NCBI RefSeq assembly: GCF_964204645.1
Contig: NC_134028.1
Span: 6,014,001 to 6,078,000, forward strand
Source of the DNA: Tubulanus polymorphus
Lineage: Eukaryota > Animalia > Nemertea
DNA: 64,000 nt
Direction: 5' to 3'
In this document: positions 27,139 through 40,498 of the stretch, piece by piece
Layout of the letters: each line of letters begins with the position of its first letter
How positions within the stretch are numbered: position 1 is the stretch's first letter
Notes under the pieces: generated by a model
What the model was told of the DNA's origin: nothing
What the model saw: the letters and a program-made list of their open reading frames with translations, nothing else
Database searches by the model: none
Program-made: the position numbers and the translations under genes

Positions 27139-30100
27139 TTATCTACAGGCACAGGACTGCACGCTCATTCCCGGGTAGTTTTTTAACACGACATTGTGAC
27201 TTTCGTCGAAGTAAAGAAGCGTTACTGACGTCATACTGTCAGGCACACAACATGGCGCTGGTACGTTCGCGTACATCCCAATGGCGTGAACAATGCTCTG
27301 TATCGTGGCGTGGTTTGTCGGTCGCATTCCCTAAAAAGATTATTCAAAATATAACATTATTCAGAGCGAACTAGATATTTCATCACCATCTTATTACTTC
27401 GATGATTAACTAACGATCTCTAAGTTATTTGAATATGCAGATGAGTTTAACAGTTTCAACAATGAAGGCGATTGTTTATGCTCACCTTAGTCAATGGAAA
27501 AGGACACGATCCTCCGCAGTAATGTGCCTCGAACGATTTCGGTGAGATAATCCATTCTCCCCAGCCGATGTCGGCAAAGTCCACCTGAAGTTTGCGCTTT
27601 GCGCACAATTGTTCATTTTGGTTATCTGGCCAGGCTTCATTTTTGCGCCGCCCGTGTGACCAAAAATTGGGCAACGTTTTGCTTTTGTGGTATCGGTTTT
27701 TGTTCTTTCGTCGGCTGTGTTTCCGATTACGGTTACGTCGTCGGTCGGTCTCGTACGAGTCGGGAAACGGGATGAGTTTCGAGTCTCCGCGATTTTTGTT
27801 TCGGTGTTTTCGATTTCGCGATCGTCTGCCTTGTAACATGCCCGGATGTGTAATCGGTATGCTGTAACCACGATGTCTCTGGCTGTATAGATCAACCGCC
27901 GGTACTTCGGGAATTTCGTTATCGATAATCGACCTTCGTTTTCGGCTGCGGCTCGCTTCACCTTTCGTCTTACTAGTTTCATCACGTGGTTCGTCTGCCA
28001 CGGGCGGCTCTTTTACCATGTAAGAATCTTCATAATCGAACTTCGCTTTTGTTTTCGTTTTCTTGAACGGGATCGGTTTACCAACCGGCCCTATCATGAT
28101 AAGATTCTTACCGGGTTCCTCTCCCGGTATGATCGACACGACCTCCTTGTCGATATCGCGGTTCTCATTTTTAGGCGGTAACTTCTTTTTGGTTTCTTTT
28201 TCTGTCTCCGTTTTGTCGGCTTTATGCGCTGTTTCAACGTTTTCGAAATCGCCCGGCGAAAACTCTCTATTTTCGTTATCCTCGTGTCCGACCATCGCTA
28301 ATTTCTTGTCATCTCGATTCACGGTGATTCTCACCACCCCTTTACCTTTACCGGGCGCTTCTATTTTACGATTCAGAATCGGGTCCAATAATTTCTCGTC
28401 GAAGAAAAAATGTCGTTGTTTCTTAGAGTTGCGACCTTGGCCTTTATGTTTAGGCGGGATCGTTTCGTTGTCGATAGTGGCCGACTCTTCGCTGCTGACG
28501 TCATCGCCGCCCGGGAAGCCGGTCTCGGCTAACTGTTTGTTCAATTCGATCAAATCTTTCGGTTTGAAATGCGGATCGATGTGGTCTATGGTGAGATTTT
28601 GCGTGTCGTTCGAATAGATAATCAAGAACGGTTTCGAATGATGGCGGATGAATTTCTTCAAGGGGATATCAACGTTCGGATTCCCGCCGCCGGAGCGGAA
28701 CATCAACCCGAACAGATGCTCTCGTCTGCGTGACTTGACGCGTAAACACGTCTGCAGGGCCCTCGTGACGTCATAGATTTGCCATCCGTACGTTTTCGAG
28801 CTGATAAATACGTCGCCCAAAGTGTTCAGGTTCACTTTGGAGACGTCGAACATGATCAGACTGATGTCGGAGCCCATACGACGAGTTTTCATCTGTTTCT
28901 TGTACAAGTGAATTTCGGCGCTGAACACTTTCTCGCTCGGTAGAACAGAGCTGAGGTTGAACAGGAATATCCGATGCCTATTGACCGTACCTGAAAAACA
29001 TAGATCAATATACGGCATTAGATCGATTATACACAGGGTCAAGAGATTGGAATTCAAAGTGAACTGAAAAAAAACGCAGCGCCAATTGAATATGTCGAGT
29101 AAAAATCTTTTCCTGGCCCGAATTTGCCTGGATAGCTTTACTCCCTTCCATAAAAAAATGAAAAACGATAAACTTGAATTTCAATAGCTTTACGGGCGGC
29201 AAAACAAATTATAGTTTTATAGTTTACGCGACATTAACCACTATTAACAAACCGACCCTGCGGTGTGTATATATCAAAATATATGAAAGCAAGCTGGCAA
29301 ATTTCATCTCGTAACTCAAATCTGATCTGACGCTTTTTGTGGCAGGTTTGGCAAAAAATTCAATGTTCGCTTTGTGAGACTTTGAATATTGCATACGAAG
29401 TTTTTGATCTTGCGTTTTGATTGAATGATACCTATTACTTGGTATTTATTTTCCCAAGTCGAAGAATCACGGTTTAGTTCTTGTTAAACGCAGCGGAAGC
29501 ATAGTTGACAAGAGTTGCCCTCGCCAGTTTATTCATGGAATTTTTATTGCACAATTTCATTTACTGTTAAATAATCAAAACTAATTAATTTCTGTCATAA
29601 TTTCAAGAACCCTGGGCCTGGTTTTATAGACTGGTATTGCCTTTAACCCGGAGGCTTACTCAATTGATAATGAATCTAATTGAGTTAACCCCCGGGTTAA
29701 AGGTAATACCAGTCTATAAAACCGGCCCCAGGTGATTATCTGTTGCAGTGACCAAAAACCACGTCAATTTGAAAATAGATAAATTCATAAACAATTCATG
29801 ATATCAATATATCTCTTGACTTTGGGTATTTTCGATCGCATGTCCATACACTCGCTCGAAATATGAGCGTTAATAATCTTTCTACCTAAAACCTAAATCG
29901 AAAAGATACCTTTGCGTCAACATCAGTGCACGAAAACAGCGTGTGACTGTTGTGAAAATTCGACGTAGCGAAATTTCCGTGAGACGGAAAAAAAGAAACA
30001 TCAGAAGTCAAACGCGTTCTGTAAATCAACAATCGACGGGCTTTTGAAGTGAGATGATTATTTTCTATCGCAGAAAGAACAGATTCCATTTCACTAGGAT

Positions 30101-33100
30101 TAGCCGGTTTTAGTTCGCTCGTTCTTTCTAACGGTATTAATGTTGCATTAATAATCATTATCGCTAATCCAAAATCTCTCGTTTCTATCCGGATTGAATT
30201 CGTAAAATGGTCGCCGTGATTGGATTTTCTGAACTTGTACAAAGAGACGCCTTCGATTTCAAATAGATTCGGGAAATATTAAGTCGGATCATTATTACTG
30301 AAATATGACATCGATATGAATTAAAGATTCGTCACTCTTGGGTCTGTGAAATGGATTGGATAATGATAAGCTATTGCGGTAAATAAAATAGAAACCTATC
30401 AATTAAAAATGATAACATTTACGTAACAATATAAAATTAAAGAATCATGATCATCTTGATGATTACATCTTCATCTTTCTCATTTGCTTATTGTCAATAC
30501 CATCACTGTCGTTATCATCTTTTTGTAAATAATCTTTCTTAGGGCAATGGCACTCAACTACAGCCTCCTGGCTTGCCCATTGTCCTTTCTACTTCATACA
30601 GATTGCCGGATGCTTTATTCATAAAATTGTTAAATAGGAGATTGATAAAGAAATATTATTATTATAATTATTACAAACTGTTCGTTTATGAAGTAATGAA
30701 TGCTAGAGTCAGTAGGTTCATCAACGTTGTCCATTTACCATTAGCAGAAATATCATTACTAAAATACTGATACGTGATATTGCTCTTGATTTATGACATC
30801 GTTAGAATCCGCATAAAAATCCATTTAGTCTACTAGAACGATCGTTTCTGAACCGATGTTTCGAACCATGGGCCCTTAGACTCATTCTAGAGTCCATGTT
30901 AAAACTAAAATTCTGTAAACTCGACCGTCGATCACACAACTATAGCTGTACTTCGATTTCCGATTGCAAAATCAAACCCCCTGTTTCGCTCCCGGCAGGT
31001 GTGGTGGGTTTGTAAGGGACACTCAATCAAAAAAATCAAACGAAATTTACCAACCAAACAAATAACAGGGTCAATCCCTATTTTAAGATAAACAAAAACT
31101 AAACATTCATACGAATTATTTCATTACCGACGATTTCTAGTTTCAAGTGTTGCCAGTTTTCTTATTGCCATGACAGAATCTTCCCATCTTGAATGGACAA
31201 CTCAAAAGGTTTGGAAGAAAGGAATTTGTATTTTCATCAGACTAGAGGTCGTCAGAATCGAGAAGCTTTCAGGTTTTAGAATTTGTTTTATGAAACTGGG
31301 GCCTCAACGTAAGAAGTACCCATTCCACGAAATTCCACTTATATCAACCTTACGTTGATACACGTTTATAGTTCTGTACGCGCGGGTTCCTAACAGACCC
31401 CTATCGAAACAGATAAATACACGGGATTCTATAGATGAGCGTGAGATACTATAAACACCGAAAACAGACCACGATAGAAACTTAATCGAGCGTTATATAT
31501 TTAGTCATAGAATTTATGGCTTAAGGTTTTTCTTTCAGGCCCGACACACTGGTTGTCAGAAGGTCGCTAAAAGTGGCGCCATTTCGGCCGCATAATCCAG
31601 TTAGACGCTAGTGACAATAATGCGATTTTATGGTCAACAAAGTCGAGTGGCGACGAAACTTCTCTAAGATCGGAAACCACACGGCAATTAAATCAATGAA
31701 ACGGATTGAATGACGACGCTCTAGTAGTATATATCTAACCGACACCCAATAAACAAAATACTTTAAATGGAAATTACATTTCTTAAGTCGAAGAACTTTA
31801 AATTAGTTCCATTGAAATGTATTCGAAAACAAAGCGCAACGTAACAGACAACGGTTTAATTGTATAAGTGGAGGAGGCTGCTACTTGAAAATGAACACAT
31901 GAACAACCTTAACTACCATTGATTTTGAAATTTCAAATATTAACGGTTAAAAACTGATGGAGAAAGTTTTCGAAATTTGAAATGATTTAATCGATAATGC
32001 CTACGTAGTAAAGTTGTAGTACTACGCGTTTGAATAGGTCCTGTCGAAACTGGGAGATGCTTCATCAAATATGAATCTACATAATTGATCGTTTGTAAAG
32101 AAGATAATACGAATATATGCATGCATAATGGCCGCCAAACGCTCAGTGAAAACCGACCAGGCGCTCATCGTTCCGCGCGGCGCGGTTCGAATGCGTTTTT
32201 TTCGGAAGTGAGTCAAAAAGAATTACTATTTATCAAGAGCACTCAGTGGCGCCAGTCACAAAACTCAATCATCTATTTTTCATCGGAAACTCTATAAAAC
32301 CCTACAAGACCTATATTTTATACAACCACTTGAACCGCTCAGCCATCACACGGGCTTGTCTCCAGGATAACATGTTTACTTTACCTTTTCTGGCTTTTTA
32401 AAGACCAGTCTACCGATTGTACACAGAGCCATAATATCGGTTACACCGAATGACAATGGAAGCAGAAGTCACCGGATCAGAAAATAAAATGCATGTCGAT
32501 TCAATTTCATATCTGCTTTTCAATTCTACCAAAAAGGCTTTTCGTTGTTGTTGAAACGTTCTTTTTTCTAATGTATATAAACGTAATGTTTTCTCACGTG
32601 AATCTATATGTAGAGCGCTAATAAGTAAGAACCACAGGTGATGATTATAACCTTTATTGTCTGTCAGTTTCGGCGTTTTTCTAAATTCCAGCATCAGAGA
32701 AGCGAATTACTCATAATTATTATGACATTTTTGTTTCTCGCTGATGGAGTTTTGATAAACTCCAAAACTGTCAGACAACCAACGTTCTAATCATCAACTG
32801 TAGGCTTTTAGTTATTAACTCTGAAAACTGAGATTGATATCAGTACACCAGTCATGTAAAGAGCTATCGATTTAGTTCGCAAATTAGTTATAATGGAGGA
32901 AAAGCAAATAGTAAGAAATTAGAATATACCGTAAGAAAGAAAATCTTGATTAGAAAAATCTAATTCAATAGAATTTTGGTCTTTGTATGAAATAAGATTT
33001 TTTTTAATCGTGTGCGAAATATACGAAAGCAAAACGTGACGGTTGAACAGCGACGCTAACGTAATGTCCTATATTAGTTATGAAGAATTCAATCAGATGT

Positions 33101-36100
33101 GCAAGTGCAGTGCCAGGTGTCGTCTCTGCTGTTGATCATAACAAAAATCGTCTACTTCAATTAAATCATTAAGGTTGTCTTATCGAATTAACTGCATTTC
33201 GACTTCAAAACAGAATTGTTTACGCATATTTTCCGACCCGAAAGAATCACAGAATTCCGACGGTTTGCTCGCACGTGGTAGGTATGCCGATTCATATGTA
33301 TATATATTTACATCATTCCGTATGCATATTTTGGTAATAGCAGAAAACATAGAGTAAGAAGTAATTGATATAAGTGTTGACGTGTGTGTAATAAACACCC
33401 ATCGCCATATCAAGTACATTGATTTCTTGCGGAGAATGAAGATGAATTTTTCGCAACCTCCCTAAGCATAAAGGTGTGAGTGAGGTAGAGCATTCGACGA
33501 AAACAGTAAAATAACTGCGGTTTTTACCATAATTGAAAGGCGCCAATTCTCAGATCGGTTAGTTCATCGACATATCTAAACGATGTATAAGGATATTTTG
33601 ATGTTCGGAAATATCTTTACCGACAAACCCTTCCCAGATCCATAAATCGGTGTGCCCCGCGCGTAAATATTATGTGGTCATAACAAAATTACCACTCAGC
33701 GATTTTAAGAACCGCTTCCACGCAGTTGGCATCGAGGATAAAATGTGAAACGTTTCGAGGGGCTGTTGTAAGCAGCTTGCCTCAATTTATCACCGACATT
33801 ACACAATGAAGTGTCAAAAACCTATTACTGATGTGAAACGAGGTTTAAGTGAAATCTACTGACGCTGATGAATAGATGCTCTTTGTTGCAATTACGGTTC
33901 TGTTCGAAACGTTCTGGGATAATTGCCCCGTTAATTCCGAGCTAAACGTTTTAGTTCTTGTATCGCAGCGCCTGTCGGCCCGTTTACACTCTTACATAAA
34001 TGTTTGTTTAGCTAAACATCGCTTCCCAGCAGCGAGGTTTTACCGGCAAGACGGTTACTGAACGCCGGCTTCTTGCAGCGAGATTCAAAACCAATCTGTT
34101 TACACAGAGAGAAACTATATTTCTATATTTCTATATGATTTAGAACACGATGTTTTTAGGGAAATGTATTCATATTGTATAGAATTACGATTCCGGGCAC
34201 GGTTTTGGCCATTTTTGATAGTTTTGCCGAAAATATACATAGAAAACGATACAAAATTGACTTATATATGTTAAGTTCGTATCTGCTTCACGACGACAAT
34301 TCAAATTACCAAAAATACATCAAATCTATGAGCAAGAACTTATCACTGTTGGAATAGAATTATGACTATTTAGAAGTTTGAGCATCATTAGTGAATAAGC
34401 CGATTAAATGTTATCTCCGATAATCCGGATTATCTAGCAAATCCTGGTCGCTACTACGGCAACGATGTGTGTATATATCCAAATGAAAATTGTGAACTGC
34501 ACGAGTTTATTATTCACGGAGAAAGTTTGCAAATACATCACAACAGGTAAACAGCAAACTATGAACAACCGCGCAACCGACAAATGCACCTTCAAGTTGG
34601 CTTCTCATTTCATCGGTATCTGACATGTGTAAAATTCCTAGCATTCAAACAGTTCGACACGTTATAAATACATTATTTCAGTGCTCGGAGACGCGTTTAG
34701 TGTAAAACTATGAAAGAAATTGAAAAAGATGAGAAGAATTGAGAAAAATATTCAAAAAATGCTTTTCCGTATTGATCAAGAATGCTGGAATCTAGATTAA
34801 GCCAATTAACATCTTCCGATCAATGTTTACGGATCGTTTCCCCACCGGTATTAACAACGGAAGCAATGAAATCTGGTTTATGAAGTAATTAAACATTTTT
34901 TTGTTAAACGAAAAAAAAGATCTTCGAGAAAGTTTACGTTCTGCATTTTCTAGTTCTGGAGAGGTCAAGGCCACAATACTATGCACGTACGTGGTTATGC
35001 GCATTTTTATACTGGCTCCCATAATTTTCTCATAATCTGATAAAATCAAAGGAAAATATGAAGAGGCGACGACTGTGTTGATAAGAATGTAAAAAGCCAA
35101 TTCATTCACGTTGCAAGGAAAACACGAAACGAACCAATTTCCCTTAGACGCTTGTGGATCAGAGATGTATCATATACTTACTGCAATAGCTTGATATGAT
35201 CCGAATTTCATTATTACAAAATATACCATGCCAGGCGTTCCCAGTAAAAGTTCTATGTCTTAACTTGATATTCGCCTGTTTATTAGAAGCTTAATTCTTT
35301 AGAACTCTAGCGGATAAGGCAATCATTTTCTTCGGTAGATACGTACGTACGTAGCAGTGAATTTTGGTTTTGAAAATGTATGTATCTAAAGTGCCTGAGG
35401 ATGTCGGAAGATGATTGAATTCAGTGAATGATATGAAATACATGTTATCGAACTAATTTTGATTTAGATAGAATGGTTTAATCGAAAGCCGGGTTGCTTT
35501 CCCAAATAGCGTATGCATCTGTAAATATTAAACTTGGCGTAATATATAAGGACCATCGATATGAACGAGGAAAACAAACGCGGCGTGGATTGTAAGTGAT
35601 TGTATGTATCGAAAGAAAATCGGAAAAATCTTATCAACACGACGGGTTTTTGATAGCGTATGCGATATTCAGTTTAAGTGAAGGAGAATTCATATGCAGT
35701 TTGACTCAATTCAGCAGACGACCGCGCCATAACTTCTCAGAATAAATATGCGGAAGCCCATGGATTTAGCTAATTACCAGTTCTCGTATTTTTGTATCAA
35801 CATTCGTAAAATAACAACACGACGGGAGATTTTCTTGAATATTGCACTCGATGACGGCAGTCTATTTGTACTCTCGGTGATTTTTGTTCATAAACGAGGT
35901 TGGTGGACTCACAAAAAGTCCTAGCTGTATACAAAAGACAAACCGTCGGACCATCCCAGAAGAGTGAAATCTTTCACAATTTTACTATCAGAATGACTGG
36001 AAAAGTCAAACAATAATGAAAAAATTCTTGAAGTTTTAGTAAGACACCATGGAAGGTGGGAAAGAGTTAAGGAATAAAAGGAGTTTCGTGTCTCGCACTA

Positions 36101-39100
36101 TATGCAAAACGATTTATAGAAAAAACAACTTCTTATTTTCCATTGCTCATTCATACGCGGAGAATAGGACGTAAATTGTTCGGCGGGGTATCAGTTCACA
36201 AAACATCGTTTATAAAGCCGAGCCGAAGGAAGCTGCGTATAGAGGAAGGAAAGATGGAATAGTGGCAAAATACTAAACATATCGCCAGAGGGCAGGAAAT
36301 CAGAAAATAACTGCCTACAATCCGTGTTATTATTTCTCATACACAAGAGTAGCCCTTATCTCCATAAAATCGTCGACCACTTCACATCATTCATCGTCAG
36401 CTCGGAAATAAAGTTTACGATTTTAAGAGATTTCTATGAAATTGGCCGTCTTGACTTTTAGACAGATGTTTAGCATTAATACGGTGAATGTAAAGCGCTT
36501 TGTCCGCACATTGTTTGGCCTCTCGAACGCTAAAATGTGGGCCGGAACGCTCCATTACGGTACAAGCATTTCAGATCGGAAAATCAATTCATCTCGTTTA
36601 TGGACTTTTACGTGTGCGAATTATCTTAATGTGTTGTTGTTCTCGCGATATTTCAAAAATGAAGTACATCCCGGAACTACCCGGAAACGATTGAACTACC
36701 GGCGGCCATTGGATAGTCGGCTCCACTTCCGTTTTCTATATGAGACAGGAAGTCAGATCGTCTTTCGAGGAATGTTTTCGCTATAAATCGATAGAGAAAA
36801 TGGGAATGAGAATTGAAAGACAGAATTAGGGAATGGAAAGAGAGAACTTCTTCGGACTTTCGATCCAAAAGTTCTTTTCTAATGATTACCTATAGAGAAC
36901 TTGTAAATAATATTTCCTATATTTCATACGTATGTAACAGCGTCGGTTATACACATAAATGCTTTACTATATATTATGATAATAAAGATAATGGTTTATC
37001 GTTTAGGCCTGAACGTTTTTACTGAATGGTATCTCCCTACAATTTATATTACATAGAAATATATACAACTCTATACTCTTTAAAGTAGAGCAGGGATGCT
37101 TCTTAAAGGTTACCCCTCTATGTCAGTGTACATGTAGTAGACACAATAGGTAAGATTTTCACAAAAAGTCAAATTTTTGCGATATAAGGATATAGGATTT
37201 TGAAATCTGAATACCTGAAAGTATACCCAACAAACCATTGGTCATGAAGAATTTATTAGTTTGAATTCATTTTCGGTGATCCTTGGGCACTTTTGGGGCA
37301 AGCGTTTATCTTTGTAGTGATATTTTCAAATCTATTGGACTTTAAACATTATAGATATATACAAGACGTATGTCGAATGTATCTATGTTGATTATCGAAT
37401 GTGGTCGGTGGATAAGTATTCATTGTTTTATTTGTCGAGGGTATTTACTCATTACGGTTTCCAATAATTAGTCGCTGTCCGGCTCTCAGAGGAGTCGACG
37501 AAACAAAAGCTGTCAGGACTATTGATCATAATATTCACCATCTCGAGATGCCGACTGACATTCGAGCGTGATACGGGTACAGACACCAAGGATGATAAGA
37601 TGACGCTACTTAATATCGCTGCCTCGACGTCCGAGGATGTGGAAACTTGTTAATTATTCAAAACATGACACTTTTCAACCACCTGGCGTATTCCTCGACA
37701 GTTGTGGATTTTCGTGACTTACCACTACCCCTCGGCAAGCTATCGAGTGTTTAACCGGGTGCCGCACTCTGCGATCGCCGAAGTACTGCTGCCTTATTTT
37801 TAAATCGTTCCCTGTTTTTCGGAATCGGACGTGCAGAGATGACCAAATTGCATTCAATCGAATCGAAAAACAAATACGTAAAAAAAACACAGGCCTGTGC
37901 CGTTTGTTACCCCCGAACTCCCTAGAATGTATGTCCTTCAAAAAGTCAGTGTAAAAACATCGGGGCAAGATTTTACGAAATTTGGATACAATTTCTATGT
38001 TTTTTTCTTTAAGTAAAATGTAATCCATTCTCAAATTACCTGTAAAACATTATGTATATTCGAAATGCAACCTTTGTCCGCACTTTGGGAACTCACTTTC
38101 TAACTCATCGAAAAGCTAATCTTACAGACTTTCGTATTGGTTTTAACATTAATAAATCGAATTGTGATATTCTAATCTAATTCAAATTTCCATTTTGAAT
38201 TTGTTCTCGGGTCTATCTCCCGTTAGCAATGTTGATCATAATCGACTTGAACTTTGTATTATAATGTGGATTAAATTGACTATGTTCGACCTATGAATAT
38301 CGCTTCGCAATCAGATAATTATTAAACTAGTAAATATTTGTAGAAGGTTTATGTCGTTGAGACCCTTATCAGTTTTTATTTCCAAGTTTGTTTTAGTTCG
38401 AAGCGCGGCTAAATACTATCTCCGGACAAATATAGAACACGGGATTCTTTGTTTTAGGAAACCCTAAGTATTATTATAACCTTATTGTAGTATTTTGAGG
38501 TATTTGACAATTGCGTTCATTTTGACCACACAGACGTTCCACTCACTGAGTTAAGAAGAAAATTATACTTAAGAAGATTTCGTAATTGCTGGGATATATC
38601 ATTCTAAACTATTCTAATACATCAGAAATTCAATGACTTTATCCAATCAGCTCTCTTGTTAGGGAATTTGTGTGTCCTCTGTCTACGGGTCCTAGCTTCT
38701 CCAGGGACCGTAGCTAAGAGAATTTTAATTTCCTTTGTTCTCCGTTTGCACTCGGCGAAAAAAAAAAACAATTGGGGATGAGGCCAAGACGACCATGACG
38801 AAATTGACGAAGCGTATTAAAGAGATAATTAGATTTACGGATAACTTAATTGGACCAACATGATACAATAACAATCAATTGGAGAAAAAACAAGCCTTCG
38901 AATGTCTTACGGAAACGAAATGAAAATCAAGAGAATTCTAAATGATCATGATTAGATAATTTCTGATCAATTCTCATCGAAATGCTCGGGATATTTAGAA
39001 CGTACCTATATCTGCGTATATCAATCGTACTGTATTTCCCCGTTGTTCGCCTTTCGGAAACGTACTGAATTTATACCTCTCGTACAGATCCAGCATATAT

Positions 39101-39306
39101 TTCGGAGGCTTCAATTCTTGCGGGAATTCTCTATTTCCACCGTGCGGTTTCTCTTTCGGTAACTCCTTGAATCCGAGCATGTTTTTGACGGCGTGTTGCA
39201 AAATAGCGCTTTGGTTTTTGCTCAAATTTTGTCTTGCCGCCGTAGCGGCGAACTGCGCCATAACGAACGCAACCACGAACAACATATTCCCGAATTTCTT
39301 ATCCAT
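27139..39306 (-). CDS. BMP3: Bone morphogenetic protein 3 / GDF10 orthologue (TGF-beta family preproprotein), about 665 aa
   Basis: Exons 39306-39006 (signal peptide, [12 protein letters not shown]...GNTVR), 28990-27486 and 27330-27139. Furin site RSRKRR at 27933-27950. The mature domain [58 protein letters not shown]...[38 protein letters not shown] carries BMP3/GDF10-diagnostic strings. Confidence 0.93.
29611..29732. mobile_element. Near-perfect palindromic MITE in BMP3 intron 1
   Basis: cctgggcctggttttatagactggtattgcctttaacccgg pairs with ccgggttaaaggtaataccagtctataaaaccggccccagg. Confidence 0.85.
32634..32803. repeat. Imperfect long hairpin/foldback in BMP3 intron 1
   Basis: tgatgatta/taatcatca, ttgtctgtcagttt/aaactgtcagacaa, catcagagaagc/gtttctcgctgatg and central cataat/attatg. 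Confidence 0.7.
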
Positions 39307-39990
39307 TATTACGAGTAAAACAAACAGAACTGTGAGAAATTTGTTAACGATCGTAACTTCCAGTTTTAAAGTCGTTCGAATTTCGTTTAAATAACCTTAT
39401 TTCCATTTGGTCTAATACGGGTACAGAAATCGCGAAGTATTCCATTCAGAATATGATCCGGTACCTATCGACAACGTTTTTAACTTCAACGAATCAAAGG
39501 TCATTCGACGCCCGAGACAATAATTCAGTTTTCGTGCGATAAACAGAATCCGACTCGATGTCAATCTCGCGAGATACGAGTGAAAAGTTTTTTGTCGAGT
39601 TTTAAAAAGCGAAATGACAAGTTGCACTCTCGAACGTGTGCGGTGGGCTCTAAACGCTAGTCAATCGTTGGTAGTCCAGTACTCGTCTGCTATTCGCTGC
39701 TCGTTGAACACGTGGGTTGTAGCGTGTATTTCTGTTGATAAATGGAATACTCGTACATTAATCACAATACTCCGTGTACCTGGCTTAGCGTCGATATACC
39801 TAATACCTAATTCCCTAGAAACAATTCGCCTGAAAGACTTGGCGACGGACGAGTCTCGTGCGGTTTTGGTGCGCGATGAGAAATCGCGTCTCGTCTCTCG
39901 CGATCAATCAGCCGAACTTACGAACCGCAAATCATCGTCCAAACGCCCTGTTTTAGGAATAAACAGGCTTTGTAAGAATGATGCTACCGC

Positions 39991-40075
39991 GGCTCCAAAA
40001 CGTCTGCCTATAAGCAGGTCATAAAATTGTCGCAGAATTTTCAATAAGCTGATCGTATTAGGAGCCAAACGGTCT
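39991..40075. promoter_or_regulatory. Two candidate Smad1/5-Smad4 composite BMP response elements upstream of BMP3
   Basis: GGCTCC-aaaac-GTCTG (39991-40006) and GGAGCC-aaacg-GTCT (40061-40075), both with the 5-bp spacer. Confidence 0.45.
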
Positions 40076-40454
40076 CTCATCAACAGCTCTTGACTTCGTT
40101 AGTGCGATTGTCGCGCTAGTTTATACATGTCCTCATTGTAAACATCGCATTCTGGTTATTGTGCACGGATACTGAAGAAGAGTCTCCTCCCGGCAGTGTG
40201 TCCGTCCATCGACAATCAAACCACAAATTCGACGTTCTTTCGAACAAACAAATACTAATACCTTTCGAAGGCATAAAGATATTCTAACAATCTACAAATT
40301 CAAATTTGCTTTCGTGCCGGTGGTGCCTATCTAGAAAGAAATGTGAAAAAAAATTCAAAAATTTGTATTGATGTTATAAAGAGAATCCCCACAATGATAA
40401 TAATGAAATGATAAAAAATATAGCCCGAAAATGTTTCCTTAGATTTAGTAAGTT

Positions 40455-40498
40455 TATTCGACGTTTCGACTATCTACTAATAGTCATCTTCAGGAATA
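40455..40498 (-). ncRNA. Minimal type I hammerhead ribozyme (Penelope-like element type)
   Basis: Minus strand UAUUC-CUGAAGA-U-GACUAU(UAGUAG)AUAGUC-GAAA-C-GUC^GAAUA: intact core, 5-bp stem I, 6-bp stem II, vestigial palindromic stem III and a GUC cleavage triplet. Confidence 0.75.

Noticed and set aside
27139-27600. Assignment of the ligand to BMP2/4 (dpp), ADMP or Nodal
   Set aside because: The strings [33 protein letters not shown] and terminal CACR fit BMP3/GDF10 better.
27491-28617. Overlapping and antisense ORFs inside BMP3 exon 2
   Set aside because: Shadow frames of a long GC-rich exon; no independent splice or homology support.
39167-40024. ORFs of 71-136 aa around the BMP3 5' end
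   Set aside because: Antisense or UTR/promoter ORFs with no coding signature. The same applies to most 60-130 aa ORFs in 5.4-13 kb, 24-27 kb and 29-52 kb.
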